Part shown: positions 40,809 through 51,833 of the stretch, piece after piece
Layout of the letters: each line of letters starts with the position of its first letter
How positions within the stretch are numbered: position 1 is the stretch's first letter
Sequence record: SRR31156797_4473
Length of the DNA: 64,000 nt
Reading direction: 5' to 3' (one strand)
Program-made: the position numbers and the translations under genes
Notes under the pieces: generated by a model
The model's database searches: none
What the model was told of the DNA's origin: nothing
Seen by the model: the letters and a program-made list of their open reading frames with translations, nothing else

Positions 40809-43202
40809 ATGAACCCGATAAATACACGCCCCCCCATGGCCAAGGAGGTATCTGCACTCAACACCTATTGGCTTGTCCAATATTTAGAGGAACATCACCC
40901 CTCCCTCGATCTCCGCAAGTTGATTGCTGAGGTCTGCCAACAAATTTCCGCGCATGTGGAAAATCTACAGACCGGTGTAATTGAAGAAGTCTGCCTCACC
41001 CATTTAAAAAACCCCAGGTACTGGTTCTCCCACAGGTTTATCAAAACGCTACATGAGTTAATCCAGGACCAGATACCTGACCCTCGCCTTGCCTATAAAA
41101 TTGGCAGCACCATGTACAAAACTCAACCAATGCTTACCACCGCCGTGGGCATACCTTTGCTCGGTATCCACAGGGTGGCCAAAACAATTTCCAATGAAGC
41201 ATACAAATACAACAGAACCAAAAAGTACACTGTTGTAAAACTGGAAAAAGAATCTGTAGAAATCCGCATTACCCATAAACCAGGCATAGATACATGCTCT
41301 TTTACCATGCAATGGAATGCAGGTTGTTTTGCCTCCTATGCCAGACTGGCAGGGGCCACCAATATCAAGGTGGATTCTCGTTGCATAGATCAGGGGCCAG
41401 AAAACCCAAGTGATGCCAGAAGAGCCATCTGGGATTTTAAAGTTAGCTACCAGGAACCAAAACTTCTTACCCGTCTTGCAAAAGCTGCTCTCCGTAATAT
41501 GCCTGGTATTAAGACCCTCATTGAACGGGCAGAGGCAATTGAAGACGAGCATCAAGACCAGATAGTTAACCGAGATAATATAATACATGAGCGGACCGAA
41601 GACCTAAAAAAGGTCAATCAAACCATGCGCCTTGAAATTGCTGATCGCAAAATGGCGGAGAAAGCATTACTTCAACATAAGGATCAACTCCAGCGTTACA
41701 TTACGGCCATTGATGATATTGGGCTTGGATTATGCGTAATTGATGCGAATTACCGCCTCCAGGTTATGAACAGCACCCTAAGACGCTGGTTCGGTAACCA
41801 TCTCGATGCAACCTGTTACAACACCCTCATGGGAAGAAGTCATCCATGCAGGCACTGTAAGATGCAGGATGTCATCGAGCAGGGTAAAAAAATTCGCTAT
41901 CGTCCTACCATTAAGGATGGCCGAACCTTTGAAATCGTTGCGACCCCAATATTTAACAACGACGGCACCATTTCAAAAATGGAAATTATCAGTGACATCA
42001 CTGAGCAAAAAAGGCAGGAACAGCAAAAACTGGAGAGCCTACAGCAACGGGAACAGCTCAAAAAGCTGGAAAGCCTCAAAACAATGGCCGCAGCTATCGC
42101 CCATCGCTTTAACAATGCCATGACAGGCGTACAAGGTAATCTGGAACTCCTGACTCTTAATCTCTCAACAAGTTCAAAGGAATACAAGATGGCCACAGAT
42201 GCATTTCGGGGCGCAAAGGAAGCCTCTCAAGTCGGTTCCATCATGTTAAGCTACGTCGGCCAACAACCGCTACAGCGCAAAGAGGTCTCCCTTGTAGAGC
42301 TTGTCAGATCTATTGTTACTAACTCACAGTCTTTATCCCATCCACAGGTCGACTTCATATTCCTACCGCCGCCGCGACCGCTTTACTGCTTAGTTGACAG
42401 GCTGCAAATAAATGAAGCCATAGAAAACATTTTCACCAATGCAATGGAATCATTAGACAATAGCTCCGGCACCATCGAGATTACTTTTGGCTCCGAGTTT
42501 TTCAACAAAGCATCATTTCCTCTTTTTTTCCAAAGAAAGAACATCAACGACGGTGAATATCTCTTCTGCGATATAAAAGATTCAGGGCACGGAATATCTA
42601 CTGAAAATCTATCAAAAATTTTTGAACCGTTTTATAGTACTCGATTTGTTGGCAGAGGACTCGGCCTTGCTCTGGCATCTGGCATCATGCAGGCACACGA
42701 TGGAGCCCTCATGGTAGACAGTGCACCAGAAAAAGGCACAACTGTTCGGATACTCTTCCCCATCACTCCTCCCAATTTAGAACAGACTAGACCCGTTCAA
42801 GGAAAGGTGGCCAACACCAGGGCAAGGTTATCAGGAAATATCCTGCTTGTGGATGATGAACCATTAGTACTTGAGGTCGGTAAGAATATACTGACAATGC
42901 TCGGTTTTACGGTGCACACTGCTGTCAGCGGCAGGGAAGCTGTTGACATGATCAGAGGCCAGGAGAACGATTATCGGGCGATAGTAATGGATGTTTCCAT
43001 GCCGGAAATGAGCGGAGTCGAGGCCATGGAATCAATTAAAAATATTTATCCAACACTTCCGATTCTGCTCAGCAGCGGTTATGTTGAGACAGAAAATCCT
43101 TTTTTAATAAACAACAATACTACAGTGCCAGACGGTATTCTTGCTAAACCCTTTCAGCTTGCAGAGATGCAAAGCAATCTTGAATTGCTCCTTTCCTGGT
43201 AA
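40809..43202 (+). CDS. Hybrid sensor histidine kinase (uncharacterised N-terminal domain, PAS, HisKA, HATPase, REC)
   Basis: IAHRFNN H-box, NAME, DSGHG, FEPFYSTR, GRGLGL, REC (LLVDDE, MDVSMP, KP). Start 40809 or 40836. Confidence 0.9.
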   Translation: MNPINTRPPMAKEVSALNTYWLVQYLEEHHPSLDLRKLIAEVCQQISAHVENLQTGVIEEVCLTHLKNPRYWFSHRFIKTLHELIQDQIPDPRLAYKIGSTMYKTQPMLTTAVGIPLLGIHRVAKTISNEAYKYNRTKKYTVVKLEKESVEIRITHKPGIDTCSFTMQWNAGCFASYARLAGATNIKVDSRCIDQGPENPSDARRAIWDFKVSYQEPKLLTRLAKAALRNMPGIKTLIERAEAIEDEHQDQIVNRDNIIHERTEDLKKVNQTMRLEIADRKMAEKALLQHKDQLQRYITAIDDIGLGLCVIDANYRLQVMNSTLRRWFGNHLDATCYNTLMGRSHPCRHCKMQDVIEQGKKIRYRPTIKDGRTFEIVATPIFNNDGTISKMEIISDITEQKRQEQQKLESLQQREQLKKLESLKTMAAAIAHRFNNAMTGVQGNLELLTLNLSTSSKEYKMATDAFRGAKEASQVGSIMLSYVGQQPLQRKEVSLVELVRSIVTNSQSLSHPQVDFIFLPPPRPLYCLVDRLQINEAIENIFTNAMESLDNSSGTIEITFGSEFFNKASFPLFFQRKNINDGEYLFCDIKDSGHGISTENLSKIFEPFYSTRFVGRGLGLALASGIMQAHDGALMVDSAPEKGTTVRILFPITPPNLEQTRPVQGKVANTRARLSGNILLVDDEPLVLEVGKNILTMLGFTVHTAVSGREAVDMIRGQENDYRAIVMDVSMPEMSGVEAMESIKNIYPTLPILLSSGYVETENPFLINNNTTVPDGILAKPFQLAEMQSNLELLLSW

Positions 43203-43222
43203 CACAGGCAACATCAAAAAAA

Positions 43223-44092
43223 TTAAAAAAGGCGATATTGTTCCCCCTTAAGACTGACCCTGCCTTGAAGGGCACGTTGGATAAGCTGCAGCGTTTCTTC
43301 CTTTTCTTCAGGCAGTCTGGCTTTAATCGGTAAATAATTTGACGCATGATTTGCGTGAAAATAGCCACCCGACAAATCAGTATGGGTGATCAGTATTCCT
43401 AGTTCCTCCAGCATCTCCAGAGGTTCAAGAAGCTGGAACACCCCCTTTTCATACGACGAATGCAAGGGTGTTCCCCGGCTGAGCATGAGGCTCAAAGCCC
43501 CTACATATTCAGGATCCATTGCACTCAACACCCGGCCTGTCTCTGCAGCATGGACATGAGACCGCTCCTTGCCTGCAATACCGAGCAACACGGTCGCTGA
43601 GAGCAACATCCCCGCACTGCGGATTCTTTTTCCCATGTCAATCATATGCTGCGCAGTGCTGCCTTTACAGATCTGCTCCAGAGTCACGTCATCACCAGAT
43701 TCCAAGCCCATATAAGCAATTTTCAAACCGGCAGCACGTAGTTCCTGCAAATCCTGATCGCTTTTTTGCCTAATACTTTTGGTATTGGCATATATGCCGA
43801 CCCGCTCCAGCCAAGGAAGCTGCTCACGGATTGCATTCAGAATGCTCACCAGCCTTTTCTGGGGCAGGATCAATGCATCTCCATCGCAGATGAAAAGTCT
43901 TTTTTGTCTTTGAAAATGGTGGGAAGCATACTCTATATCTTCCATGATAATGTCATCGTCTTTAATCGAAAAACGACTCTTCTTGTACATGTCGCAAAAG
44001 GTGCATTTGTTGTGGGAACAACCAGTGGTCACCTGAAGAAGGATGGATTTCGCTTCACTTGGCGGACGGAAAACATCACCCTGATAATGCAT
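43223..44092 (-). CDS. Radical SAM protein of unknown function
   Basis: CSHNKCTFC (CxxxCxxC), YMGLESG, NHASNY. Confidence 0.88.
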   Translation of the reverse strand: MHYQGDVFRPPSEAKSILLQVTTGCSHNKCTFCDMYKKSRFSIKDDDIIMEDIEYASHHFQRQKRLFICDGDALILPQKRLVSILNAIREQLPWLERVGIYANTKSIRQKSDQDLQELRAAGLKIAYMGLESGDDVTLEQICKGSTAQHMIDMGKRIRSAGMLLSATVLLGIAGKERSHVHAAETGRVLSAMDPEYVGALSLMLSRGTPLHSSYEKGVFQLLEPLEMLEELGILITHTDLSGGYFHANHASNYLPIKARLPEEKEETLQLIQRALQGRVSLKGEQYRLF

Positions 44093-44119
44093 TATACTTA
44101 GATCCAAATATCAGTTTAT

Positions 44120-44153
44120 AAAAATCATCCGGCAAGCAGCCCCTGCCGGATGA
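44120..44153 (-). terminator. Intrinsic terminator after asd
   Basis: 10-bp stem tcatccggca/tgccggatga followed by T5 on the minus strand. Confidence 0.6.
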
Positions 44154-44173
44154 CGAGGAAAAACCAGCAAAAC

Positions 44174-45292
44174 TCAATCAATATGGTTTAAAACAATTTT
44201 CAACATACGGCGTAACGGTTCTGCAGCTCCCCATAGGAGTTGATCGCCCACAGTGAAAGCACTTATGTACTCAGGACCTAGATTCATTTTCCGAACTCTA
44301 CCCACCGGAATATGCAGTGTACCGGTTACCCGTGCCGGGGTTAGTTCTCTAAGCGTTTCTTCCTTGGTGTTTTCCACCAAATAGCCCCAATTATTATGCT
44401 CATTTATAGCCTGTTCAACCTCAGCAAGAGGGACATTTTGCTTCAGTTTAATAGTGAACGCCTGGCTGTGGCAACGCATAGAACTGATACGGACACAGCA
44501 CCCGTCAATCGGAATCGGTGAATCATCACGCCCCAGAATTTTGTTGGTTTCACTCACTCCTTTCCACTCCTCACGAGTCTGCCCGTTTTCCATGGGGACA
44601 TCAATCCAGGGAATAAGGCTGGCAGCCAGCGGTGCGCCAAAGTTACCAGTGGGAAACATGGGGCTTCTGATACTCTCTGTTACATTTTTATCCACATCAA
44701 GGATAGCTGAGGCGGGATCATCAAGAAGCATACCTGCATTCTCTCCGATAATGCGCATCTGTTCCACCAGTTCCTTCATATTTTTGGCACCAGCACCGGA
44801 GGCAGCCTGGTACGTCTGGGAACTGACCCATTCGACCCATCCTTTTTCAAAAAGACCGCCTAGGGCCATCAACATTAACGAAACTGTGCAATTACCGCCA
44901 ACAAACTTCTTAATGCCATTTGAAAGCCCCTGGTCAATAACCGATCTGTTAACAGGATCAAGTACAATAATGGAATCACTGTCCATGCGCAGCTTGGACG
45001 CCGCATCGATCCAGTATCCCTGCCAACCTTTATTGATAAGTTCCGGATACACGGCCCCTGTATAGTTCCCCCCTTGACAGGAGACAATGACATCAAGCTC
45101 TGCAAGCTGCTCAATATCATGTCCGTCAAGTAATTGATAGCTGGTTCCGTCTACTTCCGGACCAGCCTGCCCGGCCTGGGAGGTTGAAAAAAAGCGAGCT
45201 TCATACCCCTGAAAATCGTTTTCTTCTCGCATCCTTTGCATCAAAACGGAGCCAACCATACCCCGCCAACCAACAATACCAACTTTTTTCAT
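44174..45292 (-). CDS. asd: Aspartate-semialdehyde dehydrogenase
   Basis: [40 protein letters not shown]. Confidence 0.97.
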   Translation of the reverse strand: MKKVGIVGWRGMVGSVLMQRMREENDFQGYEARFFSTSQAGQAGPEVDGTSYQLLDGHDIEQLAELDVIVSCQGGNYTGAVYPELINKGWQGYWIDAASKLRMDSDSIIVLDPVNRSVIDQGLSNGIKKFVGGNCTVSLMLMALGGLFEKGWVEWVSSQTYQAASGAGAKNMKELVEQMRIIGENAGMLLDDPASAILDVDKNVTESIRSPMFPTGNFGAPLAASLIPWIDVPMENGQTREEWKGVSETNKILGRDDSPIPIDGCCVRISSMRCHSQAFTIKLKQNVPLAEVEQAINEHNNWGYLVENTKEETLRELTPARVTGTLHIPVGRVRKMNLGPEYISAFTVGDQLLWGAAEPLRRMLKIVLNHID

Positions 45293-45366
45293 GGTTCTTC
45301 TCTTCTTATTTCTCTAGGATTCTATTTCTAAATGCCACAACGCAGCAAACCGAAATATTTACGACA

Positions 45367-46293
45367 TCATCTCTTTTTAAGGCGCAAGTGTTTTCGCAGC
45401 TCAACAGCAATCATGGGTGCGACCGAGAACACCTGAAGCAAATCGTCACTGCAGGAACCAGGATAGGTATCTGTCCCAATGATACAGTTAATACCTCGAT
45501 CTGCAAACCGCTGCCGAGCCTCTCCGGCAAGCACCAGATGGGTTGCCATCACAGCAACATCAACGGCTCCGGCCTCATAACAGCGATCAACAGTCTGCAG
45601 CATGGAGCCACCAGTACGGATCATGTCATCACAGATAACCGCAATCTTGCCTTTGACAACCCCTGATAACTGACCAACCACGGTCTTGTCCACATCGTAT
45701 CTATCCTTATTGGCTGCTGTATGGGGGCAATCCAAAAGTCCTGCCAGCCGCGACACTCGTTTACTAAAACCATAATCAGGGGAAACAAGCACAAAATCCT
45801 TAAGACCGAGTCTCCGAATTTTTTCGACACCATATTTTTCCGTCCAAAGGTGACGGGTACGAACCTCCCCAGAATGAGCATGCAATACCGCCTCGGAATG
45901 AAGATCCACAAAGGCAACATAGTTGGGACGGGTTCGAAAGATCTGCCTTGTCCTGGTTATCCCCTTGGGGATTTCCCCGGATTCCGGCCGCACCCTTTCC
46001 ATGGTCGAGTACCCGAGATACGGGATAACCACATTCACAGAAAGAGCATTCCAATAGCGCGCACCGGCAATGAGATCAACCAGCTCCTGCTGGGCACTAT
46101 CATCAGGTGTTGATGCTATAATGACAACATGTTTGCTTGCCAATTCTGTGGGAAAGGCGTGGTAGATCTCACCATCAGCAAACTGCTGTCGTTTCATCTC
46201 GGTGCGCACTACCCCTAACTCGGTGGCAACCTTCTCCGCCAATGATTCAGCAGCAATATTGTTGATAAGCAGAATATTACTTCGTTTTGCCAT
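45367..46293 (-). CDS. prs: Ribose-phosphate pyrophosphokinase-like protein (divergent)
   Basis: FADGE, IPYLGY, DLHS, VSPD.G, VICDDMIRTGGS PRPP loop, ATH. Confidence 0.8.
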   Translation of the reverse strand: MAKRSNILLINNIAAESLAEKVATELGVVRTEMKRQQFADGEIYHAFPTELASKHVVIIASTPDDSAQQELVDLIAGARYWNALSVNVVIPYLGYSTMERVRPESGEIPKGITRTRQIFRTRPNYVAFVDLHSEAVLHAHSGEVRTRHLWTEKYGVEKIRRLGLKDFVLVSPDYGFSKRVSRLAGLLDCPHTAANKDRYDVDKTVVGQLSGVVKGKIAVICDDMIRTGGSMLQTVDRCYEAGAVDVAVMATHLVLAGEARQRFADRGINCIIGTDTYPGSCSDDLLQVFSVAPMIAVELRKHLRLKKR

Positions 46294-46321
46294 ATGCTCC
46301 CCCTTCCAGGTGGTTACAAGT

Positions 46322-47413
<1,092 letters not shown>

Positions 47414-47764
47414 TTAAACGTAAATAATAAATCCCACTGTATCTATTTCTGCATGTACGCCGCCAAGGGCTGCAATCAGAAATAAAAAGAGAGGGAATCA
47501 ACTGGGTATTGTTAAAAAGGATTAAATAACACGCTGAAAGAAAACCTTTTTGTTTAAACAATGAAAAACAAAAACTTTCTCAAGGTGGTCTCATATTTCG
47601 ATGCTACTCTTAAATTTTTACTACCAGATATACTCGGAAGTTACCAGCAAGAAGTAAGGTGCACAGCCATAACCTGGTTTCTTAAAAAAACACTTGGTGC
47701 CGGCAAAGAACACAAACCGGTAAACAGACTGATTGCAGCTCTTGGTGCGGAACAACAATAATAT

Positions 47765-48412
47765 TCAGACGTTCAGTCTGACTTTTGCTACTATTCTGTC
47801 GGCACCGGAGTACGGCAGGACAAACCGTTGCACCGAAGCCAGTTGGCAGGGACGATCCAATTGTTCTATCTCCAACAGGCGCTCTTCCCTAGCCACCATC
47901 ACCACGGCCGCAGCCCCCTGCTCGAGGAAAGGGTACACCATGGGAAGAAAACTACCCGGTGAAGCTACAGCTCTGCTGGTCACAAAGCTGAAACGATCTG
48001 CATGCTGTGGTGCAAAGGCCTCTATCCGCTCAGCAACGATTTCTACATTTACCAAGTGGAGCGTTCGCACAATATGACGCAGGAATGAAACCCTTTTGAG
48101 GCGCGGTTCCAGCAGGGTAAACGATACCCCTGGTAATACAGTGGCCAGCACCATTCCCGGAAATCCGGCACCAGTCCCCACATCCAATAGACTTGCTTTG
48201 CTTTCCTGAGCAAGTAAGGGATACAGAGTCAGGGAATCGAGAAAATGGTTCTCAATGATCTGCTCGTCCTTTGTGTCACGGGCGATCAGATTAATACGGC
48301 GACTCCACTTTTTGAGTTCACCGAAGTAAACCAATAGTGCATCAACCTGTTGTTGATCCAGGATCACTCCTAACCGGGACGCTCCTCTTTTCATTTTTCT
48401 TTCACTCTCCAC
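47765..48412 (-). CDS. rsmG: 16S rRNA (guanine527-N7)-methyltransferase
   Basis: INL...HFLDSL, DVGTGAGFPG, KRVSFL, VTSRAV. Confidence 0.92.
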   Translation of the reverse strand: MESERKMKRGASRLGVILDQQQVDALLVYFGELKKWSRRINLIARDTKDEQIIENHFLDSLTLYPLLAQESKASLLDVGTGAGFPGMVLATVLPGVSFTLLEPRLKRVSFLRHIVRTLHLVNVEIVAERIEAFAPQHADRFSFVTSRAVASPGSFLPMVYPFLEQGAAAVVMVAREERLLEIEQLDRPCQLASVQRFVLPYSGADRIVAKVRLNV

Positions 48413-49712
48413 CGCGTACCCTTACAGCTACAGAATGTTCATGGGCGGTAAGTCCTTCCAAGCTGGCCAGCCTCTGAATGTGCTCAGCATCATTTCGTAA
48501 AGCGCGCTCTGAGTAGGAAATAATAGAACTCCTCTTTAAAAATGTCTCCACACCCAAGGCTGATGAAATACGAGCAGTGCCCATGGTAGGCAGGACGTGA
48601 TTTGGCCCTGCAACGTAATCGCCGGCAGCTTCCGGTGTATATGAACCAAGAAATATGGCACCCGCGTGACGTATCTGCGGTAACCATGCCCACGGGTCTG
48701 CTATCTGCAACTCCAGATGTTCACTGGCAATCTGGTTGGCTACAATAATGGCCTGTTCCAAGGAATCGACCACCAGAATGGCTCCAAAATTGTCCAGGGC
48801 TTTTCTCGCGATGTCAGCCCTTGAAAGTTGAACCAGTTGCTGTTCGAGCTCTTCACTGACGCTGGAGGCAATATCTCTTGAGGGGGTAACCAATATGGCC
48901 GATGCCTGCTCATCATGCTCGGCCTGAGCAAGCATATCGGCAGCAATATATGCTGGCCTTGCAGAATCGTCAGCAAGGATCAACACCTCACTTGGACCAG
49001 CGATCATATCAATCCGCACTCTGCCCATAACTTGGCGTTTTGCCTCTGCCACATATTGATTTCCAGGACCGACAATAACATCCACCCGAGGGATGGACTC
49101 AGTTCCGTAAGCAAGCGCCCCAATTGCCCAGGCTGATCCCGCCTTATACACTTCAGTTATCCCTATTTCACTGGCAGCGGCAAGCAGAGCCGGATTAACC
49201 CTTCCTTGTTTATCAGGAGGCGTCACCATAACTCGATGGGCAACACCTGCTATGCTCGCAGGAATCCCGTTCATCAGTACCGATGAAATCAATGGAGTCG
49301 AACCACCCTGCCCACCCGGAACATAGAGCCCTGCAGAATCCACCGGCCGCACCAGCCTACCGGTAATGGTTCCATCTTCACGGGTTAACATCCATGAATC
49401 TTCCATTTCCCGCTCATGAAAAGTGCGAATCCGATCGATTGCAAACTGCAAAGTCTCAATAAACTTTTCGTCAACCATCCCCCTTGCCTGTTCAAACTCA
49501 GCCTCGCTAACCCTAAGCGATGCGAGATCGAGCTCCGGTGCATCAAACTGGTTGGTATAGTCAAGGACAGCAGCATCCCCTTCATTGCGTACACGTTCCA
49601 GGATATGAGCCACAGACTGTCGACATGCAGAATCAGCCTCAACAAAACGATTGTTCAATTGAGCTAGGCGTTGCTGCCCTTTTTTGCTGGCTGCATCTGT
49701 TACTTCAAGCAT
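48402..49712 (-). CDS. hisD: Histidinol dehydrogenase
   Basis: GLYVPGG, GPGN, DMIAGPSE, QAEH, SEHLE, GPNHVLPT. Confidence 0.95.
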   Translation of the reverse strand: MLEVTDAASKKGQQRLAQLNNRFVEADSACRQSVAHILERVRNEGDAAVLDYTNQFDAPELDLASLRVSEAEFEQARGMVDEKFIETLQFAIDRIRTFHEREMEDSWMLTREDGTITGRLVRPVDSAGLYVPGGQGGSTPLISSVLMNGIPASIAGVAHRVMVTPPDKQGRVNPALLAAASEIGITEVYKAGSAWAIGALAYGTESIPRVDVIVGPGNQYVAEAKRQVMGRVRIDMIAGPSEVLILADDSARPAYIAADMLAQAEHDEQASAILVTPSRDIASSVSEELEQQLVQLSRADIARKALDNFGAILVVDSLEQAIIVANQIASEHLELQIADPWAWLPQIRHAGAIFLGSYTPEAAGDYVAGPNHVLPTMGTARISSALGVETFLKRSSIISYSERALRNDAEHIQRLASLEGLTAHEHSVAVRVRGGE

Positions 49713-49788
49713 TGAGATTTCACTCCTTTCTTTTTATATTCTTTTTTACTGCAGGGTACTGTCTTAGTTTACTTTTGTTTAAAAGACA

Positions 49789-51666
49789 TCAGCCACCGTG
49801 GCGATGGAACCATTTTTCCAACTCAGGTTGTAAAAAAGTTTTTACAACCGGCCTGCCGTGAGGGCAGTGGGAGAAAACATCACTTTCCTCCATCTGCTGC
49901 AATAAGCCTATCATCTCTTCCGGGTTGAGCACATTGCCAGCCTTAATGGCAGCCTTGCAGGCCATGGATGCCAACAGATCATCAATCACCCCAGCTATCA
50001 CCGGCCCTGATCGTCCTTTGCTTTCATAAAGCATATCCAGGATATCGTGTAGCATTCCTACCGGATCAAGCACGCTTATCACTGCTGGTACACTCTTGAT
50101 AACCCAGGTTGTCTCCCCAAAATGGTCAACCTCCAAGCCAAGGCTTTGCAGATCGTCATGGCAGCGTTCTATGGTTTCCATGTGGTCTGGACCGAGTTCC
50201 ACGGTCACAGGAAACAGCAGCCCCTGCTGTGGAATGTCCTTTTTCAGATAGTCCTGTTTCATTTGCCCGTAAAGGATACGTTCATGCGCAGCATGTTGAT
50301 CAATCACAATAAAATGATCACCTTTTTCGCAGAGCAAATACAGTGAGAACAATTGGCCGATAAGGCGAAGCCCTGCAAACTCAGTCTCTCTTTTCTCCAT
50401 CTTTTGTTCATCCTGGAAAGGTGTCGCAGAAATGACAGGCTCTGTTACCTTTTCAGGACGCTCAATCGACGTGGGTTTTTCCATAAGCGGAAGCTGCTCA
50501 TCCGGTACAACACTATTCCCCTGAACGCCAACACTGCCAACAGCAGTAGCCAAAGGGTGCTGAAAAGGCTTTGGCTCAGGTTCTGCTGTTAGCAAGTTTT
50601 CTCTGATAACCTTCTCTTCCTCTTTGGCACTATTCTGAGCGGGGGCAAAGAGCTGCGCACGAGCATGCTCCTGATGGTTCTCAATAGCACTTTTTACCAC
50701 CTTTTTGAGAAGTTGATACACCTCTCGGTGGTCACGGAAGCGAATTTCACGTTTAGCAGGGTGGACGTTAACATCAACCAGTTCAGGGGAAATGGACAGC
50801 AATACCGCACCAGCAGGCTGATACCCCTTCATTAAAAAACCTTGCAACCCCTCAATCACGGCATTGCGAATCATCCTGTCCTGTACGGCCCTGCCGTTGA
50901 CGAGAATTCGCAAACGAGCTGAACGGGTAGGCGTTGATTCTGGAAGGAGGAGATATCCACCCACTTGAATCGAATCAGTTGCCAAAGCGCCGCTATGCTC
51001 AAGAGAAAGTAACGGACCATCGTAGCGAAAAATATAGCGCAAACGGGATTCCAGGTCGCTTCCAGAAGGGCAGTCCAGCACGGTTCGTTCATCAAACCAG
51101 AGGCTAAAACCGATTTCAGGCATGGCAATGGCTTGATTTTTCACCACCTCCTCGATGTGGTAGGTCTCCGTACGGGCAGATTTAAGAAATTTCTTTCTCG
51201 CCGGTACATTACCAAACAGGTTGCGCACTTCCATGACGGTTCCCCTGCCACAACCTTGTTCATGGACGGCATGCAAAGCTCCATATCGTACTTCAACCAA
51301 GGTTCCTGTATCTTTTTCCTGATAGCGGGAGATAATAGTCATCCGAGCAACGGAACCTATACTGGGGAGTGCTTCCCCGCGAAACCCAAGGGTGGCAATG
51401 GCTCCCAGCTGACTTTCTTCCTGTATTTTTGAAGTTGCATGCCGCTCCAGGCACATGAGGACATCATCTTCGATCATACCACAACCATTGTCGACCACAC
51501 GCATCAACCGTACGCCACTTCCTTCTATCTGGATATCTACCTGACTAGCTCCAGCATCAATGCTATTTTCTATCAATTCCTTAATCACAGAAGCAGGCCG
51601 CTCAACGACCTCACCGGCTGCAATCTGGTTAGAAAGATGTTCTGAAAGGATACGTATGCGTGACAA
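49789..51666 (-). CDS. mutL: DNA mismatch repair protein MutL (endonuclease-type)
   Basis: IAAGEVVERP, GFRGEAL, DVNVHP; C-terminal DQHAAHERILY, ACK and CPHGRP endonuclease motifs. Confidence 0.97.
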   Translation of the reverse strand: MSRIRILSEHLSNQIAAGEVVERPASVIKELIENSIDAGASQVDIQIEGSGVRLMRVVDNGCGMIEDDVLMCLERHATSKIQEESQLGAIATLGFRGEALPSIGSVARMTIISRYQEKDTGTLVEVRYGALHAVHEQGCGRGTVMEVRNLFGNVPARKKFLKSARTETYHIEEVVKNQAIAMPEIGFSLWFDERTVLDCPSGSDLESRLRYIFRYDGPLLSLEHSGALATDSIQVGGYLLLPESTPTRSARLRILVNGRAVQDRMIRNAVIEGLQGFLMKGYQPAGAVLLSISPELVDVNVHPAKREIRFRDHREVYQLLKKVVKSAIENHQEHARAQLFAPAQNSAKEEEKVIRENLLTAEPEPKPFQHPLATAVGSVGVQGNSVVPDEQLPLMEKPTSIERPEKVTEPVISATPFQDEQKMEKRETEFAGLRLIGQLFSLYLLCEKGDHFIVIDQHAAHERILYGQMKQDYLKKDIPQQGLLFPVTVELGPDHMETIERCHDDLQSLGLEVDHFGETTWVIKSVPAVISVLDPVGMLHDILDMLYESKGRSGPVIAGVIDDLLASMACKAAIKAGNVLNPEEMIGLLQQMEESDVFSHCPHGRPVVKTFLQPELEKWFHRHGG

Positions 51667-51833
51667 AATAAATTGGTTCCAAAGAAGTGAGCTTTGATGA
51701 TGCTCAACCTAAAAATTCATGGTAGAGAACTGCCTATCAGTAACGGCAGCCAACCTGCCGTCAGAGGTGTGCCTCCCAACCATATGGGAACACCTAACTA
51801 TCAAAGCTCTAACATTACATATTCTCTTTTCTC

